IMG/VR virus record: IMGVR_UViG_3300037470_000389
Span: 1 to 43,825 of that record
Reading direction: 5' to 3' (one strand)
Source: a virus
Taxonomy: Duplodnaviria; Caudoviricetes
DNA: 43,825 nucleotides
Shown: in pieces, positions 17,611 to 27,519 of the stretch
Numbering within the stretch: the first letter of the stretch is position 1
Layout of the letters: each line of letters begins with the position of its first letter
Made by a program: the position numbers and the translations under genes
Notes under the pieces: generated by a model
Told to the model about the DNA's origin: nothing
The model's input: the letters and a program-made list of their open reading frames with translations, nothing else
Database searches by the model: none

Positions 17611-17868
17611 ATGGGAGCATTAATCCTGATTTTGGCACTTACGTTTGGAGGCTCAGCAATGGCGGAAACAGCAGATCACGAGCATTCGCGCTGTGGGGTT
17701 GCTTGTCGGGAAGGCGTCGAAGAGGCGATTAAAGAGCTGGAGCAAATGCAAAAAGAGTGGGGCGGTATCTATTTCCCAGGGATGTTCAATTGGGCAGCAG
17801 ACCGTTTGGAGAGGCGTCTTCTAGGCCGTGAGCCAGTTGTTAAGCGATTTAAGGGCCAGCCATTCTGA
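17611..17868 (+). CDS. Hypothetical protein
   Basis: Abuts neighbours; hydrophobic N-terminus or internal start at MAETAD (GGAGG RBS). Confidence 0.55.
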   Translation: MGALILILALTFGGSAMAETADHEHSRCGVACREGVEEAIKELEQMQKEWGGIYFPGMFNWAADRLERRLLGREPVVKRFKGQPF

Positions 17869-18428
17869 TGACGGAAAGGAATAGGGGAATGCCTCACTGG
17901 TTTGCCTGCCACACTCAAGCCCAGAAAGAATCATTGGCTGCCAGAGAGCTTCGTAGAGCTGGGTTTGAGGTCTTTTACCCTCATACTACCGAGTGGGTTG
18001 GAACGGGCCACAAGGCCAAATCTAGGCTTGTGAGACGGTCCTGGTTGAGTAGGTATCTGTTCGTAAGGACTCTCAAAGAACACCTATGGTCAGTGAACCA
18101 GTTCCCGGGGGTTAGTACGGTTGTCTTTGCCCCAGGGGGTGAGCCTTACCCAGTGCCTGAGAAGGCTATGCAGCTGCTTTGGGAAATGACGGACCACTTA
18201 GGTGAGGTGTTTATTGGCAAGACGGTCAGGCCCAAGCCTAAATATCGGGTAGGGGACTTGATACGCATTGCCGACGAAAACTCCCCTCTGTTCGGGCTCT
18301 ATGTCCAGGCAAAATTAGTCCTTGACAATGGCACAGTTCACGCTATGTTTCAAGGATCGATGGTGGGCGGGGGCAAAATCATCCTCCCCGATTCGGTCAT
18401 TGGCGAGGTTGTTGAAGGCGCGGCCTAA
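17868..18428 (+). CDS. NusG/RfaH-like transcription antiterminator (late regulator position)
   Basis: WFACHTQAQKE...GFEVFYP...YLFVR NGN domain and YRVGDLIRI KOW-like segment; directly before terS. Confidence 0.85.
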   Translation: MTERNRGMPHWFACHTQAQKESLAARELRRAGFEVFYPHTTEWVGTGHKAKSRLVRRSWLSRYLFVRTLKEHLWSVNQFPGVSTVVFAPGGEPYPVPEKAMQLLWEMTDHLGEVFIGKTVRPKPKYRVGDLIRIADENSPLFGLYVQAKLVLDNGTVHAMFQGSMVGGGKIILPDSVIGEVVEGAA

Positions 18429-18458
18429 GATAACACGCGACGGCAACCAAGCTTTTCT

Positions 18459-18490
18459 CCCCTTCTAGCTACGGCTAGCGAGGGGCTTTC
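18459..18490 (+). terminator. Hairpin, possible intrinsic terminator before late operon
   Basis: CCCCTTCTAGC-TACG-GCTAGCGAGGGG followed by CTTT; weak U-tract. Confidence 0.5.
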
Positions 18491-18534
18491 GCATGTCTGA
18501 TAATGTAACGACCATTAACACTTAGGAGCTATTC

Positions 18535-18870
18535 GTGGCTGCCCGCACAACCCCATCGAGGGGTGCCAAACCAGACAAGCTAATGCGTGATGCGTTGATT
18601 GTTGCTCTCAAGGAAGAGGCAACTGACGCGGACGGTCAGATGACCACCAAGCTCCGCATGGTCGCACGCAAGTTAGTTGATCGCGCGATGGATGGTGACG
18701 TGCCGGCAATCAAGGAGGTTGGCGACCGAGTAGACGGTAAGCCGCCTCAGGCGATTATCGGTGACTCCGACGAAGACCCGATCAACATGCTCCACAGAAT
18801 CGAGAACATCATTGTCGATCCTCAAAAGAGAGGTAGCGAGGGCGTTCCGTCCTCTGCTGAACCCGAGTAG
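18535..18870 (+). CDS. terS: Terminase small subunit
   Basis: AMDGDVPAIKEVGDRVDGKPPQ; upstream of terL; AGGAG RBS. Confidence 0.75.
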   Translation: MAARTTPSRGAKPDKLMRDALIVALKEEATDADGQMTTKLRMVARKLVDRAMDGDVPAIKEVGDRVDGKPPQAIIGDSDEDPINMLHRIENIIVDPQKRGSEGVPSSAEPE

Positions 18871-20131
18871 ATACAAGGGAGCTTGGGGAGGTCGAGGCTC
18901 CGGCAAGTCCCATTTCTTCGGTGAACAGATCGTAGTCGATAGCCTGGCCGAACCCAGCATAACGGGGGAGGGGCTGAGATCGGTCTGCATCCGAGAGGTT
19001 CAGAAAGACCTCAAGGATTCTGCCAAGCTTCTGATCGAGGACAAGCTAAAGCAATTCGATCTTGGGGAGAAGGACGGCTTTAGGGTTTTCACTGACCGGA
19101 TCGAAACGCCAAGGGATGGCGTGATCATCTTTAAGGGAATGCAGGATTACACAGCCGAGTCGATCAAGTCGCTAGAGAGGTTCAAGCGGGCATGGATCGA
19201 AGAGGCCCAAACGCTATCGGCTAGAAGCTTTACCTTATTGCGCCCGACCCTCCGTGTTGATGGGTCAGAGATATGGGCCAGCTGGAACCCACGGCGCAAG
19301 TCAGATACGATAGACGATTTTCTGAGAACCAAGAAACCAGCTAACGCGATTGTCGTAGAAGCCAACTGGCGAGACAATCCCTGGTTTCCGAAGGTTCTTG
19401 AAACAGAACGCGCGCTCGACCTTCGGCAATATCCCGAACGCTATGACCATATTTGGGAAGGCGGGTACGCCAAGGCTTTCGAGGGCGCGTACTTTGCAAA
19501 GGGTTTAGAGGACGCACGTCAGCAGGGTCGCATTACACGATTGACCCCTGACCCGATCCTCCCCTTGAAAGCCTTTTGGGACATTGGTGGTTCCGGGGCT
19601 ACAGCCGATGCCAACGCGATCTGGATTGTTCAGTTTATCTCAAGAGAAATACGGGTGCTCGACTACATCGAGGGCCAAGGTCAGGTGCTGGCCTATTACG
19701 TCAACGAGTTGCGGGACAGAGGCTACCAGAGGGCTCTTTGTGTCCTTCCCCATGACGGCGTGAACGCCAACAACGTCACCGGCAAACGCTACCAAGACCA
19801 TTTGAGCGAAGCCGGGTTCGAGGTTGAGTCGGTCCCTAATCAAGGACGTGGCGCGGCCAAGATGCGGATTGAGGCTGTCAGACGTGTCATGCCCATGTGC
19901 TGGTTTAACGAGAGCACAACGGAATCCGGCAGGGACGCACTGGGCTTCTATCACGAGAAGCGTGACGAAGATCGCAACGTAGGCTTAGGGCCCGAGCATG
20001 ATTGGTCAAGCCATTGTGCGGACGCATTTGGCCTAATGGCGATCAAGTACGAAGAACCCGACGCTCTGTCCAATAGTGCAGAGGAACGCTACCGCCCGGC
20101 TCGGGGCGAGGGAGCCTGGCTCGGGACTTAA
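18761..20131 (+). CDS. terL: Terminase large subunit (PBSX-like)
   Basis: GGRGSGKS Walker A, WIEEA Walker B, WNP, nuclease WDIG...DAFG; true start probably near 18812. Confidence 0.95.
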   Translation: MTPTKTRSTCSTESRTSLSILKREVARAFRPLLNPSRYKGAWGGRGSGKSHFFGEQIVVDSLAEPSITGEGLRSVCIREVQKDLKDSAKLLIEDKLKQFDLGEKDGFRVFTDRIETPRDGVIIFKGMQDYTAESIKSLERFKRAWIEEAQTLSARSFTLLRPTLRVDGSEIWASWNPRRKSDTIDDFLRTKKPANAIVVEANWRDNPWFPKVLETERALDLRQYPERYDHIWEGGYAKAFEGAYFAKGLEDARQQGRITRLTPDPILPLKAFWDIGGSGATADANAIWIVQFISREIRVLDYIEGQGQVLAYYVNELRDRGYQRALCVLPHDGVNANNVTGKRYQDHLSEAGFEVESVPNQGRGAAKMRIEAVRRVMPMCWFNESTTESGRDALGFYHEKRDEDRNVGLGPEHDWSSHCADAFGLMAIKYEEPDALSNSAEERYRPARGEGAWLGT

Positions 20132-20145
20132 CTAGGACAATCTGA

Positions 20146-20337
20146 ATGCAAGTCAGTTCACGCGCGCCTGTTCGTCAGGCGTCGATTTCGGCTGTTGTGA
20201 CACGAAGGAATCCCGATGGGACCGTGCGCGCAGTCGAAGACCTTGGGGTGGTCAGCTTCTACCACAAGAACCCGCTTCACAGACTTTGGTGGTGGCTTAC
20301 GCGGGCTGTTCGGAAGGCTGTTTCAGCAGTTTCGTGA
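20146..20337 (+). CDS. Hypothetical protein
   Basis: AGGA RBS; late-operon orientation. Confidence 0.65.
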   Translation: MQVSSRAPVRQASISAVVTRRNPDGTVRAVEDLGVVSFYHKNPLHRLWWWLTRAVRKAVSAVS

Positions 20338-20506
20338 GTTCATCGTGAGATGGCAGGCCGTGGACTTCGTTCCAGTAGGGACGGCCAACCTCATCAATGA
20401 TGTCGGACGCAAGGGGAACGAAGTCCTCCCACTTGTCCGGGTCAACCCCTAGTCCCTCGCAAATCATACGGCTGATCTTTTCGAGCAGGTCTCGGCCTTT
20501 GCTCAT
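20297..20506 (-). CDS. Small antisense-oriented hypothetical protein
   Basis: GAGGTG RBS upstream of ATG; fills the gap between plus-strand genes. Confidence 0.6.
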   Translation of the reverse strand: MSKGRDLLEKISRMICEGLGVDPDKWEDFVPLASDIIDEVGRPYWNEVHGLPSHDELTKLLKQPSEQPA

Positions 20507-20542
20507 TTCGTCACCTCACCTTTCAATCGAAGGATAGCACAG

Positions 20543-20932
20543 ATGGCTTCATTTGTAACCAATACAGGGCTCAAGTCCTTTGTGGATGCCTTGGTGGCAG
20601 CCGATGAGGATAAATACGTCGGCTGGGGGACAGGTTCCGGCCAGGCCGTCACCGATACTGACCTTGCCACGGCTGCTGCCGAAGACCGCACGGCAGGAAC
20701 GCTCTCAGCGGAAGACGAAACCACCACTGACGACACGTTTCAGGTCGTGGGAACGCTGACGGCGGGCGGCGCGAGAGCGATTACGGAAGCGGCTGTGTTT
20801 GATGGCGCCGGCACGGGTAATCCCCCTTCCGGGGCGAACATGAGCATCTACGGAGATTTCTCGGTCATAAATCTCGCAGAAAATGATAGTATAACTTTTA
20901 CGTTCCGCGCGACCCTCGATCAGGCTGCGTAG
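20543..20932 (+). CDS. Virion structural protein resembling fibre-attachment N-terminal domains
   Basis: VGWGTG...DTDL...ITEAAVF...FSVINL...SITFTF. Confidence 0.65.
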   Translation: MASFVTNTGLKSFVDALVAADEDKYVGWGTGSGQAVTDTDLATAAAEDRTAGTLSAEDETTTDDTFQVVGTLTAGGARAITEAAVFDGAGTGNPPSGANMSIYGDFSVINLAENDSITFTFRATLDQAA

Positions 20933-20935
20933 TTT

Positions 20936-21718
20936 ATGCCAGCCGTTGCCAATCTCGTTTGGGAAACCACAACCGATACTGGAACGGGACCGTTCACGGT
21001 TGCTGCGTCGGGACAGACGTTCAACAATGCGTTCGGCACGGGAGGAACTGACACCTTCGACGTGTTCATGCGGAATCGTAATGTCCCTACGGAGTGGATG
21101 GTCGCCACTGGCCACCTGAGCGATGCCACTACGTTAGTCATCGATACTGTCATTGAAGGCTCGAACGGAACAAGCGAGGTTAGCTGGTCAGCCGGGACGA
21201 AGGATGTCACCAACGACTTGCCTGCCAGTTTACAGCGGGGACGGGGTGTAGGCGAGTTCTTCTGGTATCTAGCCGATAGCCCGCCGGATTACGCCCTTGA
21301 GCTTGATGGTTCGGCTGTATCTCGCACGACCTATGCCGAACTATGGACGTGGGTACAGGCAAGCGGCAATCTTGCCGCGTCCGAGGGTGCGAAGCTAGAT
21401 GGTGAGTTTGGTCCTGGCGATGGGTCAACCACCTTTACGCTGCCAGACCTTATTACATCTAGCCGATTCATTCGTGCTGCTACCACGGTTGGCGCGGAGC
21501 AACTAGACGCCTTCCAAGGGCATGTGCATCCGCAGCGATTTGACAGCACTGCGGCGCGCACGACTGGCGCATCAATCGACCATTTTCAGACAGGGACTGC
21601 CGATAGCACCGGGTTTGATACTCTCGGTCCGAGCACGGATGGCGTTAACGGCACGCCGCGCACTGCATCAGAAACCCGTCCTACCAACGTTGCACTCTTG
21701 CCATGCGTGGTGTTCTAA
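20936..21718 (+). CDS. Short fibre protein with tail collar domain
   Basis: LDGSAVSRTTYAELW...GDGSTTFTLPDL...QLDAFQGH...ETRPTNVALLPC. Confidence 0.85.
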   Translation: MPAVANLVWETTTDTGTGPFTVAASGQTFNNAFGTGGTDTFDVFMRNRNVPTEWMVATGHLSDATTLVIDTVIEGSNGTSEVSWSAGTKDVTNDLPASLQRGRGVGEFFWYLADSPPDYALELDGSAVSRTTYAELWTWVQASGNLAASEGAKLDGEFGPGDGSTTFTLPDLITSSRFIRAATTVGAEQLDAFQGHVHPQRFDSTAARTTGASIDHFQTGTADSTGFDTLGPSTDGVNGTPRTASETRPTNVALLPCVVF

Positions 21719-21720
21719 CC

Positions 21721-22185
21721 ATGACAACCATCTATCTTTTTGACCCTGAGACCGGCGAGCACAAAGGCTCGATGGAAGCCAAGCGGGACTCGTTCTGGGC
21801 AGAGTTGCTACCGCCGCCTAATCACAAGTCGCGCACTCTAGAAGCGCCACCGGCTGCGCAAGAGGGGCATGTTGTCTGCCGAAAGAATGGCGAGTGGGAA
21901 CAGGTCGAAGATCACAGGGGCGAGACGGTCTATTCAACGCTCGACGGTGCAGAGCGCAAAGCCAAAGAGCTTGGCCCGCTCGTGGACGCAACGACCGCGA
22001 AGCCTGCAAACCCATATGACAAATGGGACGGGGTTAAGTGGTCCGAAGATGCTGAGTTGAAGGCCGAACACGGCAAGCAAGAGGCTCGGGCCACGGCACG
22101 TGCCGAAGCACAGCAGCGCATTAGCATGGCAGAGCCTAACGAGATAACGGTGGCCGATCTTGCTGTAGCTTTAGGATTGAGATGA
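21721..22185 (+). CDS. Tail fibre assembly chaperone (Tfa-like)
   Basis: YLFDPETGE...WEQVEDHRGETVY...KWDGVKW. Confidence 0.8.
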   Translation: MTTIYLFDPETGEHKGSMEAKRDSFWAELLPPPNHKSRTLEAPPAAQEGHVVCRKNGEWEQVEDHRGETVYSTLDGAERKAKELGPLVDATTAKPANPYDKWDGVKWSEDAELKAEHGKQEARATARAEAQQRISMAEPNEITVADLAVALGLR

Positions 22186-22226
22186 ACAAACCCTTCTACG
22201 GACGCGAGCGGCGGTAACGATTAGCT

Positions 22227-22352
22227 CTATCCATTACGTCGCTCTGATCGCCTGAACTCAAGCAACATTAGAATCTGTTGGCCTAGGATGCCAATAACTG
22301 CCCCGGCTGTGAAGCAGCCCAAGCCAAACAATACTAACCAGAGACCGTTCAT
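22227..22352 (-). CDS. Small antisense-oriented membrane peptide (41 aa)
   Basis: AGGAG RBS; MNGLWLVLFGLGCFTAGAVIGILG hydrophobic helix with basic tail. Confidence 0.55.
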   Translation of the reverse strand: MNGLWLVLFGLGCFTAGAVIGILGQQILMLLEFRRSERRNG

Positions 22353-22415
22353 TTTGTTGCTCCTACGCGATGCACCCAAGGACCACAGCATAGCCCATAG
22401 GAAGGCTGTTCGCCA

Positions 22416-24215
22416 ATGATCGGAGCCCCTGTAGGCCATGCAATAGGCGGGGCCCTTCCTGTTGATACGGGAAACCTATTCGAGCAAGCCATTACGGCTG
22501 GAATAGGAGCCAGTTCAGCCTTTCAGTTCCATATTGGCAAGCTGCTTTCTTCCTCTGCCGATATGGCGGGGCTGACACTTAAGAATGTGGGGAAGACGAT
22601 TGATGTTTGGTTTCCTGGTATCGAGCCGGAAACCAAGGTCATCTTTCTCACCTCTGGAACGTCCTGGACTGTTCCTGCCGACTTCACCACGACTAACACC
22701 ATAGAGGCTCTTGGCGGTGGTGGTGGAGGTGGCGGAGGTAGAAGCAACCCTGTTAGGCGGTCTGGTGGGGGCGGAGGTGGCGGTGGGTATGCTCTCCTCG
22801 TAAACTTTGATCCGGGAATGGCATCATCCATTCCTTATTTAATTGGTCAGGGAGGGCTTGGTGGTGATGGCGGATTAGCGTCTGGATCGGATGGCAGCCA
22901 CGGCACAGACACCACATTCAATACGTCTTCGCTTGTAGCGAAAGCTGGGCAGCTCGGCGTTGGCGCTGTTAGTGGTGTTGACGGTAGCGGCGGTAGCGGT
23001 GGGTTGGCATCGGCTTCAACGCCTAGCGCTGATGCAAATGATGGAGGCGATGCCACCGATGGTGCTCTAAATTTTGGCAGTGGCAGTTCATGGGGCGGAG
23101 GTGGTGGCGGTGCGGCTGGTCCGTCTTCTGATGGAGGAGATGGGTCGCAAGGTTCAACCGCAAATGGCGCCGGCGGTGCTGGGGGGTCGCCGGATGGCGG
23201 GAGTTCTAATGGCGGCAACGGAACGACCTGGACCTCAAACCCCGGTGGGGTGTCAGCCGGTCCAGGCGGTGGTGGAGGTGGTGGAACAACAACTGGATTG
23301 GCCGGACTATATGGAGCCGGCGGAGTAGGCGGCGCTGCGCCAACGTCGATTGACGTAGGGAATCCAGCACATAGCGGCGGTAATGGTCGCAACGGCATCA
23401 TCGTCATTAGCTATACCACGGTAGGAGAGCCAGCGAGGTTCGTTTCCGCATCGGCCACTTTATCGCGTGATGCAGGCAAAATCGTAGCTCCTATCGTTGA
23501 AGCCTCTGTAGCGTTCGGAAACTTTGCAATTGGGAAGGTCGTAAGCGCCTCTGTCACGGCAGCAACGACACTATCCCGCGACGTTGGCAAGATCGTCTCT
23601 GCTCTCACACAGAGCACGGTAACGATCACGAAGGCCGTCACTCATCTGATCTCGACGGCGATTGATGTTGCGGCTGCGGTCTTTAAGTCCTTCCCAGTTC
23701 TCATCACGGCTGGCGTAACGGCGTCAGCAAGCCTCACCAAAGACGTTGGTAAGCTGGTCCTGGCCGGTGCTGATTTTTCTGTTTCTCTATCTCGAAGCGT
23801 TGGGAAGACTGTAGCAGCAATAGTTATCGCTCCGGTCACGCTCATCAAGAATGTCGGTAAGTTCCTGGAGAGCGGGATTGCCGCGTCCGCGATGGTCTTC
23901 CAGGGGAACTTCTTTAAAGTCGCCATTACTGTCGGCATGACCTCAAGTGTCACCGTGTCCAAGGCGGTGAGCAAGTTTATCTCTACTGGGTTTGTCGCAA
24001 CTGGCGACGTTCTCACGTCAATCGTTCGTCACGCCTTCAGATTACTCAGAGCAGCCATATCCCCACGCAAGGGCGGTGTGGACTTTGAGCTATTGCACAC
24101 AAGCGCCGCCCTGCAATTCATGGCTGGCAGTTGCGACCTCTCTCTATCCCGCACGAGCGCCAACATGACGATTGAAGCCGGAAGCGTAGCGATCAAGCTG
24201 GAGCATACCCAATAA
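22416..24215 (+). CDS. Glycine-rich virion protein with 18-aa repeat stalk
   Basis: FLTSGTSWTVP...GGGGGGG...GRNGIIVISY domain embedded in periodic [ST]-[LI]-[ST]-[RK]-x-V-G-K repeats. Confidence 0.8.
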   Translation: MIGAPVGHAIGGALPVDTGNLFEQAITAGIGASSAFQFHIGKLLSSSADMAGLTLKNVGKTIDVWFPGIEPETKVIFLTSGTSWTVPADFTTTNTIEALGGGGGGGGGRSNPVRRSGGGGGGGGYALLVNFDPGMASSIPYLIGQGGLGGDGGLASGSDGSHGTDTTFNTSSLVAKAGQLGVGAVSGVDGSGGSGGLASASTPSADANDGGDATDGALNFGSGSSWGGGGGGAAGPSSDGGDGSQGSTANGAGGAGGSPDGGSSNGGNGTTWTSNPGGVSAGPGGGGGGGTTTGLAGLYGAGGVGGAAPTSIDVGNPAHSGGNGRNGIIVISYTTVGEPARFVSASATLSRDAGKIVAPIVEASVAFGNFAIGKVVSASVTAATTLSRDVGKIVSALTQSTVTITKAVTHLISTAIDVAAAVFKSFPVLITAGVTASASLTKDVGKLVLAGADFSVSLSRSVGKTVAAIVIAPVTLIKNVGKFLESGIAASAMVFQGNFFKVAITVGMTSSVTVSKAVSKFISTGFVATGDVLTSIVRHAFRLLRAAISPRKGGVDFELLHTSAALQFMAGSCDLSLSRTSANMTIEAGSVAIKLEHTQ

Positions 24216-24538
24216 TGGCTATTGATCGCGGCAACACGGTCTTTTTCAAGAACATCACCTTTACCGACGAGGAAGGAGGTCTAGTCGTTGCCGACACAGC
24301 AACGCTAGCTCTCAGTTATCCGAGCGGGGGATCGTTCGTTGATGCGACAGTCACACTCACACTTCAAGACGATAGCACTTGGCAGGGCTCGTGGGATTCG
24401 ACCGTATCGGATAATGGCACAGTGCACGGAACGCTAGAGGGTGTTGGCACTAATGCTGACGAAGACCCGATTACATGCACCAAGGACTTTAAATTCAAGT
24501 TGACCTGGAACAGGTCCAACGAGGCCGTGAATGGCTGA
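24215..24538 (+). CDS. Small acidic beta-rich virion protein
   Basis: IDRGNT...ITFTDEEG; TAATG coupling. Confidence 0.65.
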   Translation: MAIDRGNTVFFKNITFTDEEGGLVVADTATLALSYPSGGSFVDATVTLTLQDDSTWQGSWDSTVSDNGTVHGTLEGVGTNADEDPITCTKDFKFKLTWNRSNEAVNG

Positions 24539-26510
24539 TGAAGCGTATTCCGAACCAAAGGACGGTGACGACGACAACCGAGCGTTGCTAACGGAAGCTA
24601 AAAAGCGTCTTGAGGCAGCTTGGACTTACGACAAGGAGAACCGTCAAGAGGCGCTAAAAGACCTCAAGTTCCTTGCGCTCGATCAATGGCCGGAGGACGT
24701 GCGGCAACAGCGTGAAGCGGCCGGTAGGCCCGTGCTCACTCTCGACAAGCTGAACCAGCACAAGAACCAGGTCGTCAACGACATCCGTCAGGCCGACATC
24801 GCTATGAAGGCGATCCCTGGCGATGACGAGTCCGACGAGGATATTGCAGAGGTCTACACGTCGCTTATGCGTGACGTGCAGTACCAATCCCATGCCGAGC
24901 ATGTTTTTTGCACTGCTGCCGATGGTGCAGTGTCATGCGGCATAGGACACTTTCGCTACAAGACGGAGTACGTCAAGGACCGGGTGTTCGAGCAGGAACT
25001 GTTGATCGAGTCAATCCCATATCCGCTTGCGGTGTATTGGGACCCGGCTTCGGTAAAGCCTGACCGTTCGGATGCGGAGTGGTGCTTCGTTACCGAGTTC
25101 GTTCCTACCGGGACATTCGAGAGCCGCTTTCCGAAGGCAAAGAAGGTTGAGTTCGACGCCCAAAAGGATGGCAGCTCCGACTCTGGGCTCTATTGGTCAA
25201 CCCGCGATGGCGTCTTGCTTGCCGAGTATTGGTGCAAGAAGGCGTCCAAGCGCCGTCTAGTCGCCTTTGAGGATGGGTCAGTCTTTGACCTGACTGACAA
25301 GGACGGCGAGGAGGCCATGTTAGGTGCCGCTCACGGCCAGATTGTCGGGGAACGTGAGGCTGACGGCGCTAAGATCGAGCAGAGCTTGTTGTCAGGTGCA
25401 GAGGTTCTGGACGGCGTAAACAAGTGGGCCGGTCAATACTTTCCGATCATACCGGTAATTGGCTCCGAGGTTCATCTCGAAAACAAGACTGTTCGTATGT
25501 CGCTCATACGCGGCGCTCGCGACCCGCAGCAGCTTTACAATTACTGGAGAAGCGCAGCAGCGGAGTTGATTGCGCTCGCGCCTAAGTCCAAGTGGCTCGT
25601 TACCGATACGCAAATCGGAAAGCACAAAGGGGAATGGGATTCCGCTCATAGCTCCCCGAAAGCCTATCTGAGATACACGCCGGACAACAAAGCCCCATCG
25701 ATTGAGCCGAAAAGAATTGATCCGCCAGAGCCACCGGCTGCAATCTGGCAAGAAGCCGCTCTTGTTACCGACGACATCAAGGCGGCAACCGGGATTTACG
25801 ATGCTGCACTAGGAGCGAAGTCCAACGAGACTTCCGGTGTGGCTATCGCACGCAGGCAGCAAGAGGGTGACGTTAGCACCTATCACTTTGCCGACAATCT
25901 AAAGCGTTCGCTCGATCATGCCGGGAGGGTGATGATCGACCTCATTCCTAAGATTTACGATACCCAGCGCATCATCCGTGTGATGGGCGAGGATGAACAG
26001 CAAAAGTTTGAGAACATCAACTGGCCGACGATGGACGAAGACGGAATGCCGGTCACGTACAACGACCTCACCAAGGGTCGTTATGACGTGCGTGTTTCTG
26101 TGGGTCCGAGCTACACAAGCCAGCGCATCGAGGCGAGAGAGACGCTTATCGAATACATCAAGGCCGACCCGGAAGCACTGCCGATTGTGCGCGATCTGAT
26201 TGCCAAGACGCTTGACTTCGACGGCGCGGACGAAATGGCCGAACGCTTCAAGAAGATGGTTCCGCCCGAGTTCCTGCCAGAAGAGGAACAGCCGCCACAA
26301 CCTCAGCCTGACCCAATGGCGGAACAAGCCAACGAGCTTCAGATGAAGGAAGTCGGGGCCAAGGTAGCGGAGACTGAGGGCAAGTCCCGCAAAGTTCATG
26401 CGGAAGCCGATGCTCAGGAAATGGAAAACGCAGAGCGCCAAATTCAAGACGAGTTGTTCGGCGTTCCGCCACCGCAACACGCCATGCCGCAAGAGGAGCC
26501 CGAGTTCTGA
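24531..26510 (+). CDS. Portal protein (P22-like)
   Basis: 659 aa; DLKFL...QWP, RPVLTLDK, ARDPQQLYNY, SNETSGVAIARRQQEGD, GRYDV. Confidence 0.93.
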   Translation: MADEAYSEPKDGDDDNRALLTEAKKRLEAAWTYDKENRQEALKDLKFLALDQWPEDVRQQREAAGRPVLTLDKLNQHKNQVVNDIRQADIAMKAIPGDDESDEDIAEVYTSLMRDVQYQSHAEHVFCTAADGAVSCGIGHFRYKTEYVKDRVFEQELLIESIPYPLAVYWDPASVKPDRSDAEWCFVTEFVPTGTFESRFPKAKKVEFDAQKDGSSDSGLYWSTRDGVLLAEYWCKKASKRRLVAFEDGSVFDLTDKDGEEAMLGAAHGQIVGEREADGAKIEQSLLSGAEVLDGVNKWAGQYFPIIPVIGSEVHLENKTVRMSLIRGARDPQQLYNYWRSAAAELIALAPKSKWLVTDTQIGKHKGEWDSAHSSPKAYLRYTPDNKAPSIEPKRIDPPEPPAAIWQEAALVTDDIKAATGIYDAALGAKSNETSGVAIARRQQEGDVSTYHFADNLKRSLDHAGRVMIDLIPKIYDTQRIIRVMGEDEQQKFENINWPTMDEDGMPVTYNDLTKGRYDVRVSVGPSYTSQRIEARETLIEYIKADPEALPIVRDLIAKTLDFDGADEMAERFKKMVPPEFLPEEEQPPQPQPDPMAEQANELQMKEVGAKVAETEGKSRKVHAEADAQEMENAERQIQDELFGVPPPQHAMPQEEPEF

Positions 26511-26682
26511 TGACCTTTTATCTGATGATGTCATCGTGGATGTGGGCTGCGACTTTTGGACCCTATCCGTCACTCGCTGAATGCGATGACGCAGCCAGGG
26601 ACGCTCCCTGGTACGTGGCAGCCACTTGCGTTGCCATGCCCGCTCCTAAAGCGGACCACTCACACTAACCTCAGAGGAATTT

Positions 26683-27501
26683 ATGTCCGACGAAAACACG
26701 CTGACGGGCAGCGAACAACCCGCCACGCCTACACCGGATGAATCCGGTTCGGCGGCAGAGGTCGAAAAGACCGAAGCTAAAGCTACCGACGACACGACCG
26801 AGCAGGGAAGTGCCGACGCAGGGGCCACGGATCCCGACACCAAATCCGACAGCGAAGCGAAAGACGAGCCTAAGCCGAAGCCTAAATCTCGGGCGCAAGA
26901 ACGTATCGAGCAAGTCACGCGGGATAACCGCAACTTGCGTAGGTCCGTATCCCGTCTGAACCAGGAGATCGGCAAGCTGAAAGCCGAGAAGCCTCTGAGA
27001 GAAGAGGACTTCAACGATCCAGCCGAATACCAGACAGCCACGTTCAAGCGCGCGACGAAAGAAGCCGCATTGGAAACCCAATTCGACGGCGTTCAGTCCG
27101 AATTGGCGGAACTGGCTGGCAAGCGGCAGGAGGCGTGGGCAGACGTGGTGGCGGAAGCGCGCCAGACCATGCCCGATTTCGAGACTGTGTTTGACTCATC
27201 CGTTCCTGTTTCCGAGGTCATGGCCGACCTCATCATGGAAGGGGATGCCCCGGCACAGCTCGCATACTGGCTCGGCAAGAACAGGCACGAAGCAAAGCGC
27301 ATCGCTGGAATGTCGCCCGTAGAGGCGGCACGAGCATTGGGCAGGCTGGAGCAGAGACTAACCGCTCCAACGCCCAAGACTGTTTCATCGGCACCCAAAC
27401 CTGTCCCCACGGTTAGCGGTAAGGCGCACCAAGGTGGCAGGACGCCAGAAGAAATGCCTTACGAAGAATACAAGGCATGGAGAATGGCCAAGGGTTCCTA
27501 A
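26683..27501 (+). CDS. Scaffolding protein
   Basis: Acidic N-terminus, QERIEQVT coiled coil, AYWLGKN, C-terminal EEYKAWR; between portal and coat. Confidence 0.85.
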   Translation: MSDENTLTGSEQPATPTPDESGSAAEVEKTEAKATDDTTEQGSADAGATDPDTKSDSEAKDEPKPKPKSRAQERIEQVTRDNRNLRRSVSRLNQEIGKLKAEKPLREEDFNDPAEYQTATFKRATKEAALETQFDGVQSELAELAGKRQEAWADVVAEARQTMPDFETVFDSSVPVSEVMADLIMEGDAPAQLAYWLGKNRHEAKRIAGMSPVEAARALGRLEQRLTAPTPKTVSSAPKPVPTVSGKAHQGGRTPEEMPYEEYKAWRMAKGS

Positions 27502-27519
27502 CCCCAAGAGGGGGATTAG

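Noticed and set aside
26522-26560. Hammerhead core CTGATGA in the scaffold leader
   Set aside because: No GAAA after a stem II.
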